Assembly (NCBI GenBank): GCA_003553085.1
Contig: PUPH01000031.1
Coordinates: 3-64,002, forward strand
Reading direction: 5' to 3'
DNA: 64,000 nt
Source: Thermoplasmata archaeon
GTDB lineage: Archaea; Thermoplasmatota; Thermoplasmata; Halarchaeoplasmatales; Halarchaeoplasmataceae
Shown: positions 1 to 8,290 of the stretch, in pieces
How positions within the stretch are numbered: position 1 is the stretch's first letter
Layout: each line of letters starts with the position of its first letter
Made by a program: the position numbers and the translations under genes
The notes under the pieces: model-generated
What the model was told of the DNA's origin: nothing
Seen by the model: the letters and a program-made list of their open reading frames with translations, nothing else
Databases searched by the model: none

Positions 1-46
1 CCGAGGAAGAACCCGAGGAAGAACCCGAGGAAGAACCCGAGGAAGA
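1..46 (+). repeat. 12-bp coding tandem repeat (CCGAGGAAGAAC)n encoding EEEP linker
   Basis: About 3.8 exact copies are visible at the window start. Confidence 0.9.
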
Positions 47-491
47 TAAGATCCCCTGCCCGAGCTGTGGAACAGAACTCGCTGCAGATGCTGAGATATG
101 CTACGCCTGCGGTACCGAAATGGGTGAAGAAGAACCCGAAGAGGAACCTGAGGAAGAAGGAAAGGTCGAGTGCCCGAGCTGTGGAACAGAACTCGCTGCA
201 GATGCTGAGATATGCTACGCCTGCGGTACCGAGCTGGGTGAAGAGGAAGAACCTGAAGAGGAACCTAAGGAAGAAGGAAAGGTCGAGTGTCCGAGCTGTG
301 GACCAGAACTCGCAGCCGATGCTGAGATATGCTACGCCTGCGGTACCGAACTAGGTGAAGAGGAAGGAGACGAAGGACTGAGCTGTCCCGTTTGCGGAAC
401 CGAACTCAGTCCAGATGCAGAGATGTGTTACGCCTGCGGCTCGGATGTAGATAATAAGGAGAAATCCTCTGGCAAGAAGAAGATAGTCTGA
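1..491 (+). CDS. 5'-truncated acidic protein with repeated double zinc-ribbon modules
   Basis: The frame is open from base 3 (EEEPEEEPEEEPEEDKIPCPSCG...) and continues into ORF 120..491. It has four CPxCG-x9-CYACG units separated by EEEP linkers. The start lies outside the window. Confidence 0.85.
   Translation, partial: EEEPEEEPEEEPEEDKIPCPSCGTELAADAEICYACGTEMGEEEPEEEPEEEGKVECPSCGTELAADAEICYACGTELGEEEEPEEEPKEEGKVECPSCGPELAADAEICYACGTELGEEEGDEGLSCPVCGTELSPDAEMCYACGSDVDNKEKSSGKKKIV
57..441 (+). repeat. Intragenic ~96-117 bp repeats encoding zinc-ribbon units
   Basis: Near-identical TGCCCGAGCTGTGGAACAGAACTCGC...TGCTACGCCTGCGGTACCGA at 57, 171 and 288, with a diverged fourth copy at ~384. Confidence 0.85.
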
Positions 492-550
492 GCAGACTCC
501 TCAGAAAACCTTTTATCCCCTCTTTCATTCCTTATTTTAAGTGAAATGTT

Positions 551-2698
551 GTGCTGATGAATCAGATTATGGTCTTTGTGATGACGTCATTATTAGAAAA
601 CATCGAATCTGACCATGGATCACCGGACCTGGAAAAGATCCTAGATCGGGCAGAAAAACTCTGTGACCAGGAGCGCTACTTAGAGGCTACCGAGTGCTAC
701 AAATCAGTACTGCGTTACAAGAAGGATAAAGTCGTTGCGAACAATCTAGGGGTGGCCTACGATGCCATCGATCAACATGAACGAGCCATAGAGTGTTATG
801 AACTAGCTATCAAATTCGATCCCGAATATGTGACCGCTTGGCACAACAAAGGTAACTCCCATTTTTACCTGGAAGAATATCGAAAATCGATCCAGTGTTA
901 CGATGAGGCCATAAGGTTAGATCCTACGAACTCTCAAGTTTATTTTGACAAAGCAAGCGCATACGTCAGGTTGGGTAGAAGGAGAACGGCAAAAAAATGG
1001 GCGGACAGGGGTGTCAAAAATGGAGATGACAGAAAAGATCTATTATTGATCAAAAAGGCTGAGATATACGAAGATATCGGAGATTTTAAGAGCGCTGTAA
1101 AGATATATCACAACATCCTGAAAGCAAAACCATCCAATATGAAAGCTTTGAAAGGGTTGGCTGACGCATTGATGGAACTGGGACGATACGATGAAGCAGT
1201 TGATACATATGACGAATATCTGGAGGTGGTACCAGATGACGAAGAGGTTTGGAACAACAAAGGGTACGCTTTGTTTTCACAGGGTTTTCATCAAGAAAGC
1301 ATGAATTGTTACAGGACAGCACTTAACATAGATCAGGATCATGGTCCAGCACACTACAATATGGGCTATCTACTTCATACTATTGGTGATTATGAAAGGG
1401 CGATACAACATTACGAAGAGGCTTCAAAATACAGCACCATCAATGAAGTCCTTTGGAATAACCTTGGGAATGCGTTGTACAATCTTGAAAAATACGAAGA
1501 ATCTATACCTTATTTTATGAAGGCTATAGAGGTCAATCCAGAATATGAAATAGCCTGGAACAACATCGGTAATGCTCAGAGCAAGATGGGGTGCTATGAA
1601 GAGTCCATAGAATATCACGAAAAGGCATTAGAATTGAAACCTGATTTCGATTATGCTCTCTACGCTTTAGGACGGTCCCTGGCGGAAGTCGGGAAGTTGG
1701 AGGATGGTTTAGAAAAGGTGGAACTTTCTCTTGACCTGAATCCGGACTACGAAAAGGCATGGTACGCTCGTGCTGAGATCCTTAGATATATGGGTCGGTA
1801 CGAAGATGCGTTAGAGTCTTTGAAGACCGCTGTTGAAATAGATCCTTTGTTTTCGGAAGCCTACTGTTTGAAAGGTGAGATCCTGGAATCTGTGGGTGAT
1901 TTCGATGAAGCACTACAGGCATTCAATAAGGCGCTAAGAACATATGATAAGCTATATAGGAGATATGGAGATATAATAGCCTTGGCTGACAAAGCAGAAC
2001 TGCTTTACGAGCTTGGAAGTATCGAAGATGCATTGAAGGAATATGAAACGCTGCTGAAGGAAGATGAAGATGATCCTGAGGTGTGGAGACGCATAGGTGA
2101 GATTCACCTAGAGTTGGGCGAAATCAGTCAAGCACTTGAAGCCGCTGAAGGGGGGTTGAAACGGGAGATGACACCAGGATTGTTGGTAATTAAGGCCAAC
2201 GCATACGATGGATTGGGAGAAGTCGATAAAGCTATGAAAGCCTTCAGAGATGCGGTGAAGCTAAATGGAACTCACGCACGTGTAAGTTTTTCCAGATATC
2301 TGATGGACCTCGGGAGGTATGAAGTCGCCTTGAGGGTTGTACAAGAAGATAATTGGGAGGAGAAACTGCTAAAAGCGAACATCTTGCTGGAGAAAGGAGA
2401 TCATGGAGAGGCCGTGTCCATGTTCCAGAAAGTACTCAAGGAGGATGAAGTAAGTTCTCCAGCTTGGTTCGGTTTAGGTAAAGCACTAGCGGCATCCGGA
2501 GACCTTAAAAGAGCGTCTAAAGCTTTCGATACCTGTATCGGGATAACGGAAGATTTCGCCCCGGCTTGGTATGAAAAAGCTCTGCTTTTCAAGGAGAAAG
2601 GAGATCACAAGAGAGCGAATGAGTATGCAGAGATTGCCATGGATCTGGGATATGATGAAGCTGAAGAACTGTTGAGCTCGGAGCCAAAAAAAGTATAG
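551..2698 (+). CDS. Tetratricopeptide repeat (TPR) protein
   Basis: Many 34-aa repeats (AWHNKGNSHFYL, VWNNKGYAL, LWNNLGNAL, AWNNIGNA). The true start may be the ATG at 581. Confidence 0.9.
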   Translation: MLMNQIMVFVMTSLLENIESDHGSPDLEKILDRAEKLCDQERYLEATECYKSVLRYKKDKVVANNLGVAYDAIDQHERAIECYELAIKFDPEYVTAWHNKGNSHFYLEEYRKSIQCYDEAIRLDPTNSQVYFDKASAYVRLGRRRTAKKWADRGVKNGDDRKDLLLIKKAEIYEDIGDFKSAVKIYHNILKAKPSNMKALKGLADALMELGRYDEAVDTYDEYLEVVPDDEEVWNNKGYALFSQGFHQESMNCYRTALNIDQDHGPAHYNMGYLLHTIGDYERAIQHYEEASKYSTINEVLWNNLGNALYNLEKYEESIPYFMKAIEVNPEYEIAWNNIGNAQSKMGCYEESIEYHEKALELKPDFDYALYALGRSLAEVGKLEDGLEKVELSLDLNPDYEKAWYARAEILRYMGRYEDALESLKTAVEIDPLFSEAYCLKGEILESVGDFDEALQAFNKALRTYDKLYRRYGDIIALADKAELLYELGSIEDALKEYETLLKEDEDDPEVWRRIGEIHLELGEISQALEAAEGGLKREMTPGLLVIKANAYDGLGEVDKAMKAFRDAVKLNGTHARVSFSRYLMDLGRYEVALRVVQEDNWEEKLLKANILLEKGDHGEAVSMFQKVLKEDEVSSPAWFGLGKALAASGDLKRASKAFDTCIGITEDFAPAWYEKALLFKEKGDHKRANEYAEIAMDLGYDEAEELLSSEPKKV

Positions 2699-2721
2699 TG
2701 TTCGTCCTATTTACAAACATC

Positions 2722-3525
2722 ATGATATATCTAGGGCCCGGAGGAACACCTCACGGAGTAAAAGGAACGAAAAAGAGTATGGCCTATCTAAATAAGATAG
2801 GACTCAACGCCATGGAAGTGCAGTTCGTTAGAGGGGTGAGGATGAAAGATTCCACCGCTAAAGATATAGGTGATGAGGCTGAAAGAAACGGCATACATCT
2901 CAGTGTCCATGCCCCATATTATATAAATCTGAATTCTGATGATGAAGATGTTATAGAGAAGAGTAAAGAACGTATGATCAATAGCGCTAGAAAGGCGCAT
3001 CTAATGGGTGCAAAAGTGATAGTCGTCCATGCTGGGTATTATGGTGGTAAAGATTCCAAAGAGGTCACCACTATCATCGGTGATGGTGTGCTGGAATGTG
3101 AGGAGACCATCTCTGAAGAAGGTCTGGATGTGAAGATAGGTCTGGAACAGATGGGGAGGGTAAAAAGCTGGGGGACCCTAGATGAGATCGAAGAGGTGAT
3201 GAAGAGGACCAAGATAACGGTTCCCGTGCTAGATTTTGCTCACTACCACGCTAGATACGATGGTAGATTGACCGGTGAAAAGGAGTTCGCCGGACTGCTA
3301 GATCGATACGAAAAGATCCATCCAGGGCCACTGCACAGCCATTTTTCATCTATAGAATACAACGATACCGGTGAACGTGAACATCTCAACCTAAAAGATA
3401 AGGAGCCGGATTTCCAACACTTGGCTCCCTTACTATTGGAAAAAGATTACGATATAACTATAATATGTGAAACTCCAGAGCTTGATAGGGATAGCCTTAG
3501 GATGAAAGATATTTTGGGGCTTTAG
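2722..3525 (+). CDS. nfo: Endonuclease IV family AP endonuclease (TIM barrel)
   Basis: Metal-binding motifs SVHAPYYINL, VVHAG, GLE, DFAH, HSHFS, EH and ICETP. Start refined to the ATG at 2722. Confidence 0.85.
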   Translation: MIYLGPGGTPHGVKGTKKSMAYLNKIGLNAMEVQFVRGVRMKDSTAKDIGDEAERNGIHLSVHAPYYINLNSDDEDVIEKSKERMINSARKAHLMGAKVIVVHAGYYGGKDSKEVTTIIGDGVLECEETISEEGLDVKIGLEQMGRVKSWGTLDEIEEVMKRTKITVPVLDFAHYHARYDGRLTGEKEFAGLLDRYEKIHPGPLHSHFSSIEYNDTGEREHLNLKDKEPDFQHLAPLLLEKDYDITIICETPELDRDSLRMKDILGL

Positions 3526-5933
3526 ACCCTTTGTACCTGGGAAACACCGTCTTCCTTACTGACGATGTATTCGATCTCTGCAAGGTTGGCTATCTCGTTT
3601 TCGTGAGATACGATGATTATCTGATCTGCGTTGGTTTTCTCCAGCACATCCTTCAGACGAGTCAGCTGCTCCCTACTGAATCCCATGGTAGGTTCGTCCA
3701 AAACGAGTAAGTTACTTTCCAAACCTAGCTGTTCTTTGATCATTGTGTTGAAGGCTAATCTGTAGGCCAACGCCACCGATGTCCTTTCGCCGCCGCTCAG
3801 ATCATCTACCCTCGTAACGTCGGAAGATGTTGATATCACCGGGGCGAACTTATCGTCCAGCTGGGCATGCTTGGCCGGATCATCCAATATCTCATTGAAC
3901 CATCCCCTGAAATAGGATTCGAATTGTTTGTTGATCTGTACCATCCTGTGCTCTTCTATGGTCTTGATCGATTCTTTGAAGGGACCCTCTATCCAAGATT
4001 TGATACTCTGGTAATGTTTTGACCTGTCTCGGGCCTCTTTCATCTTTTCTATCCTTTCTTTGATCATCTCGGTCCTTTCTTCGATATTTTTCAAGGAACT
4101 TTTTATATTCTCCGTTCGCTCCATTAGTTTACTACGCCGAGCTATAGCTTCTTGATGACTCCGTTTGATATCTTTGTACTCGGACAATGAAAATTTGTCC
4201 TCCAACTCCTCTATCCTCTCATTCACCGTAGAAATCTTCTCGTCCGTATCCTTTATCCGAGAACTGTGTTCGTCGATTTCCTTTTTCAGATCTTCACGTT
4301 TCTTCAACTTTTCAACTAATATGAGATACTCATCTCTATATTCACTGAGTTCATCTTCTTTAGACTCTAGTTTCTCCAGGTCCGAGGTATCCCACTCAAA
4401 AGAGGCTATCTTCTCTTTAGTGGACCCGATATCCTGCATCCTATCAGCTATCTTTTCCTCCAGTTCGACGACCTTTTCATCCAAACCGTCCAATTTCTTC
4501 AGTTCCTTTTCATAGGAGTACAGTTCTTTCTCCTGTTGGGTCAGTTCTTTGATGTCGTCTTGTATAGAAGAGAGTGCATCATCTATATCCCCATCTTGTT
4601 TGGTGAGTTCAGCTAATTTATCGTCGATCCTCGCAAGGTCATCGTCTATCTCACCGACGATGAATGAAACGTGTTCCTGTGAGATGGGTTGCTTACATTT
4701 GGGGCATTCGGCCTCATCTTCGAGCTGCAGAATCTCCTTCTTTTCATCCTTCAACGATGATCTTTCTCTCTTCAAAGACCGTATGTCTCCTAGTATCTCG
4801 GACCTGGTCTCCTCTTTATCTCTTTTTTCCTCTCTCAGTATTTTTAATTCCTTGCGTAAACTCTCATTATCTTGGATGAACTCCTGGATCTGTTTTTTTC
4901 TATCCGATCTGGTTTTAAGATCTGTTAGTTCTCTTCTTTCTGCTTCCAACCTGGTCTCAAGAGCCTCGAGCTTACGCTGGAGCGTCTCCTTCTCCTTTAC
5001 GACTCCCTTTACCTCCGCAACCTTCCTTTTCACTTCTTCGTGCTCTTCTGCTTTATCTTTCAAAGGATCCAATCTTTCCGCCTGCTTCTCTAAGTCTTTC
5101 AGCCGATCCTCCATTTCGGTGAGCTCTTTTTTAAACCGTTCCGATCGTGATAGGAGATTATCCTTCTTATTCCTCGATGAAAAGAGTTCATCTTTTAGTT
5201 CAGACATCTCATCTAGTTTCTCGTCCAAGCTATCGAGCTCTTCTTCGATCTCGTCGAGTTCTGTCTTAGATCTCTCTAGTTCCTCCTCTTTTTCTTCCTT
5301 CTCCTCTCGCAGCCTTATCAATTCTTCTCGAGTTTCTTCCAGCATCTCCGCCCTGGTCCTCATCTGTGTGATCTCATTCCTCAACTCTCGACTGATTATC
5401 GAGATGTTATCGACCGCTCTTTTATAATCCTCTAGATTGAAGATCCTCCGTATGGATGTGAGCCTCTGATCGTCGTTTATGGAAAGGATCTCATTCATCT
5501 TTTCCTGAGGTATGTAGATACCCATGTGAAACGTTTCGACCTTGTATCCCGAGCCTTCTCTCAACTTCAACAACGAATCTATCTTGTCCCTCATCTCTCT
5601 CCATGAAAGTTCCATCCTCGTATCATCTACATCCAAGTAAGATTCGTATGGTTGGATGCCGCTCGATGTGCGCCTTATACTGCGATAGGCGGTATAGTCC
5701 ACTTCGTCTATCTGAAAATCCAGCTTCACACATGCCTTATCCGCCCCATGACGCATGATCTTATCGTAAAAATGCTGCTCGGTACCTCCGAAGAGAACGA
5801 ACTCCATGGCAAGAAGTATGGATGATTTACCAGATCCGATATCACCTTGGAATAGGATGACTCCAGGATAGAATTCGATGTCCTCCTTTTCATAGCTACG
5901 TATGTTCTCTATTTCCATCCTCTTCAACATCAT
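3522..5933 (-). CDS. rad50: DNA double-strand break repair ATPase Rad50 (SMC-like)
   Basis: Walker A GDIGSGKS, long coiled coil with central zinc hook CPKC, signature LSGGE, Walker B LVLDEPT and SH loop. Overlaps mre11. Confidence 0.92.
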   Translation of the reverse strand: MMLKRMEIENIRSYEKEDIEFYPGVILFQGDIGSGKSSILLAMEFVLFGGTEQHFYDKIMRHGADKACVKLDFQIDEVDYTAYRSIRRTSSGIQPYESYLDVDDTRMELSWREMRDKIDSLLKLREGSGYKVETFHMGIYIPQEKMNEILSINDDQRLTSIRRIFNLEDYKRAVDNISIISRELRNEITQMRTRAEMLEETREELIRLREEKEEKEEELERSKTELDEIEEELDSLDEKLDEMSELKDELFSSRNKKDNLLSRSERFKKELTEMEDRLKDLEKQAERLDPLKDKAEEHEEVKRKVAEVKGVVKEKETLQRKLEALETRLEAERRELTDLKTRSDRKKQIQEFIQDNESLRKELKILREEKRDKEETRSEILGDIRSLKRERSSLKDEKKEILQLEDEAECPKCKQPISQEHVSFIVGEIDDDLARIDDKLAELTKQDGDIDDALSSIQDDIKELTQQEKELYSYEKELKKLDGLDEKVVELEEKIADRMQDIGSTKEKIASFEWDTSDLEKLESKEDELSEYRDEYLILVEKLKKREDLKKEIDEHSSRIKDTDEKISTVNERIEELEDKFSLSEYKDIKRSHQEAIARRSKLMERTENIKSSLKNIEERTEMIKERIEKMKEARDRSKHYQSIKSWIEGPFKESIKTIEEHRMVQINKQFESYFRGWFNEILDDPAKHAQLDDKFAPVISTSSDVTRVDDLSGGERTSVALAYRLAFNTMIKEQLGLESNLLVLDEPTMGFSREQLTRLKDVLEKTNADQIIIVSHENEIANLAEIEYIVSKEDGVSQVQRV

Positions 5934-7201
5934 TCGGGAGCACCACCATAGCTCTCAAGGGTCAACTGAGAGGGCTTTTGGGGATCTAGTTCCTTCTCCG
6001 GTTTTTCTTCCAACTCTCCCTCTTCTTTGATGTTCTCTATCAGCGAGCGGGTCTGATGCCATATCCGATTTTCATAGTCTGTTGTCGTTTCTCCCTCCTT
6101 CTTTTCACTCTTCAATATCCTGAGGAGTCTTTCACCTAAGTCCCCCTGTGTACCCTCGGGAGTACCTTGTTCCTCGAATACCTTCTTTTCGATCACCTCT
6201 TCCCTTTCCTCATCGACCTTGACCTTTTCCACCCTTTCCGCTTCCAGTGAATTCTTGTTCAAGAAAACCGTTCTTTCACCATCACTCTCCAGTAGGTTGA
6301 TGATACTGGCAAAGTCTATATCTTGAGGTGAACCCTTGAACAGCTTTCCCTGGACCCTGACAAGCACTATATCGCCTTCCAAAACCGCTTCAGCTTTCTC
6401 GATCAACATCTCCTCGACTTCAGAAGCGGTAAACCCTTCCGCATCGACAAGGACTTTTACCATGGAGCAAACATCTACAGGAACGTACTCCGGCCGCCAA
6501 TCCTCCACCATGTAAAATCCACGTTTTTCTTCTCTCTCAAGATCGGTGTAAGAGGAACCGAAAGTTGTCCCGGAGAATATGACCGGTTTTCCATCTTTTA
6601 AATCTTCCAATGGACGGTGTATATGCCCTCCTGCATAGTAGTCATAACCATCGGGCAAGGACGAGATAGGCACCACGTTCTTGTCGGGTATATCGACAGG
6701 TTTCATCTCTGCGATGGGAGAATGGAAAACGAATATACTATCTCCGTCTGGAGTATCAAATTCTATCTGCTCGTAATATCCCTTCTCTAGTCGGTTTTTC
6801 CTCCCGCTCAAACCTGTTATACTGACTCCGGTCTTATCCTTGACGGTGGTGAGTCTATTTTCCGATTCTAGATAATTGACTACGTTCTTGAAGAGCTCCG
6901 CACTCTCCAGAACATCTATCAAGGACGCTCGAGCCAGATTGTAATCGTGGGAGCCGTAAACAGCATATGTACGTATGCCTGCATTCTTGACCTTCATCAG
7001 CAGTTTTACGGTGCGGTTCACTATGTCCATATCGGGTAATGGATTATGGAAAAGATCACCAGCGATTATGATGAAATCTACCTGCCGTTCTATACATTTT
7101 TCTATGGCATCCTCGAACGCCTTTATATTGTATTCTCTCAGCTCTGGCTTACGTCCGAAGGCTCCAAGATGACAATCAGCGATATGGGCGAATCTCACCA
7201 T
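5930..7201 (-). CDS. mre11: DNA double-strand break repair nuclease Mre11
   Basis: Metallophosphoesterase motifs ADCHLG, AGDLFH, GSHD and GGHIH. Directly upstream of rad50. Confidence 0.92.
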   Translation of the reverse strand: MVRFAHIADCHLGAFGRKPELREYNIKAFEDAIEKCIERQVDFIIIAGDLFHNPLPDMDIVNRTVKLLMKVKNAGIRTYAVYGSHDYNLARASLIDVLESAELFKNVVNYLESENRLTTVKDKTGVSITGLSGRKNRLEKGYYEQIEFDTPDGDSIFVFHSPIAEMKPVDIPDKNVVPISSLPDGYDYYAGGHIHRPLEDLKDGKPVIFSGTTFGSSYTDLEREEKRGFYMVEDWRPEYVPVDVCSMVKVLVDAEGFTASEVEEMLIEKAEAVLEGDIVLVRVQGKLFKGSPQDIDFASIINLLESDGERTVFLNKNSLEAERVEKVKVDEEREEVIEKKVFEEQGTPEGTQGDLGERLLRILKSEKKEGETTTDYENRIWHQTRSLIENIKEEGELEEKPEKELDPQKPSQLTLESYGGAPE

Positions 7202-7312
7202 TATGTGCGACGATATGCCTTGGATATTAAAAGACTTTACCTAGTGGTCGGTGAAAGTGTGAAAATGGGCTAACTTTAATATGGGGTTCACGTTAGGTGG
7301 ATATCAAGGTGT

Positions 7313-7969
7313 ATGATCATCACAGTTAAAGCACGTAATCAACAGAAACCGGCAGTGATCTTCGATCTGGACGGGACGATCTTCAAAACGAGAGAGGTTG
7401 TGCTACCCGCCGTCAAGGACGCCCTATCGGATGTAGGGTTATCACCTGCCGAAGATGAAAAGATCATCTCTCTGCTGGGTGAAAAGACCGATGAATTCTG
7501 CAGACAGTTAGCAGGAGACGACGATGAAGAGACACTATCTCAGTTCATCGAGAGATTGGGGCATTACGAAGCGATCTACATAAGAGAGTACGGTGAACTT
7601 TACCCAAGAACGAAAGAGATACTACAGTATCTACGAGATCAGGGATACATCATCGCTATGTGTAGTAATGGGAGCGAGGAATACGTGGAATACGTACTAC
7701 ATACTATGGATATAAGATCCTTTTTCGACTCTATATCTTCCGGTCAAAATCACCTATCCAAAGGGGTGATGATCGAAGAAATACTCCAGCAGTTGGGCGC
7801 TGAAGAGGGGGTTATGATAGGAGATTCCCCACACGATATCCAGGGTGCCAAAGAAGCTGGTATCCCCAGTATAGGTGTGCTGTACGGTTACGGAGACGTG
7901 TCTGAGGCAACCTATAAAGTGAGATCACTCATGGAGATCAAGGGCGTACTCGAGTCATTGTCTTCCTAG
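7313..7969 (+). CDS. HAD-superfamily hydrolase (phosphoglycolate phosphatase-like)
   Basis: Motifs FDLDGT, SNG, K and IGDSPHD. Confidence 0.85.
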   Translation: MIITVKARNQQKPAVIFDLDGTIFKTREVVLPAVKDALSDVGLSPAEDEKIISLLGEKTDEFCRQLAGDDDEETLSQFIERLGHYEAIYIREYGELYPRTKEILQYLRDQGYIIAMCSNGSEEYVEYVLHTMDIRSFFDSISSGQNHLSKGVMIEEILQQLGAEEGVMIGDSPHDIQGAKEAGIPSIGVLYGYGDVSEATYKVRSLMEIKGVLESLSS

Positions 7970-8034
7970 GAAACATAGGAATGTTTATATCCAACACAAT
8001 CGATGTACCTAGTCCTAAATGGAGGAAAAAACCG

Positions 8035-8205
8035 ATGCTAGACCGGGATACGGAAGTGTATTATGGACCTGGGTTGGGAGAGGGCATATATTTTGAAAGA
8101 TTACTTAGCTCGGCAAAGCGTTCCAAAATAATAGCATCGGAAGAGAAAGATCTCTCGATCTGTCTGGATAGGGTGATCAAGTACATCGAAGAAGGTCTTT
8201 TGTGA
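8035..8205 (+). CDS. Small hypothetical protein (~56 aa)
   Basis: ATG at 8035 is preceded by GGAGG (8021) and a TTTATAT box (7984). No recognisable family. Confidence 0.45.
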   Translation: MLDRDTEVYYGPGLGEGIYFERLLSSAKRSKIIASEEKDLSICLDRVIKYIEEGLL

Positions 8206-8260
8206 ATCAATATATATGATCGGTCTTTTAGTTCCTACTTCTGGATCAGACTTGACGATA

Positions 8261-8290
8261 TCTTAAAAAAGAGAAAGAAAAGTGGTTTTT
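8261..8290 (-). terminator. U-rich terminator after peptidase gene
   Basis: Minus strand reads AAAAACCACTTTTCTTTCTCTTTTTT directly after the stop. Confidence 0.6.

Noticed and set aside
1..441. Repeats at the window start as a CRISPR array
   Set aside because: The units are in-frame coding repeats with similar, not unique, intervening sequence, and there are no cas genes.
4165..5427. Long Ser-rich plus-strand ORFs (292 and 116 aa)
   Set aside because: These are antisense shadows of the Glu/Lys-rich Rad50 coiled coil. The same applies to the many antisense ORFs over the TPR and peptidase genes.
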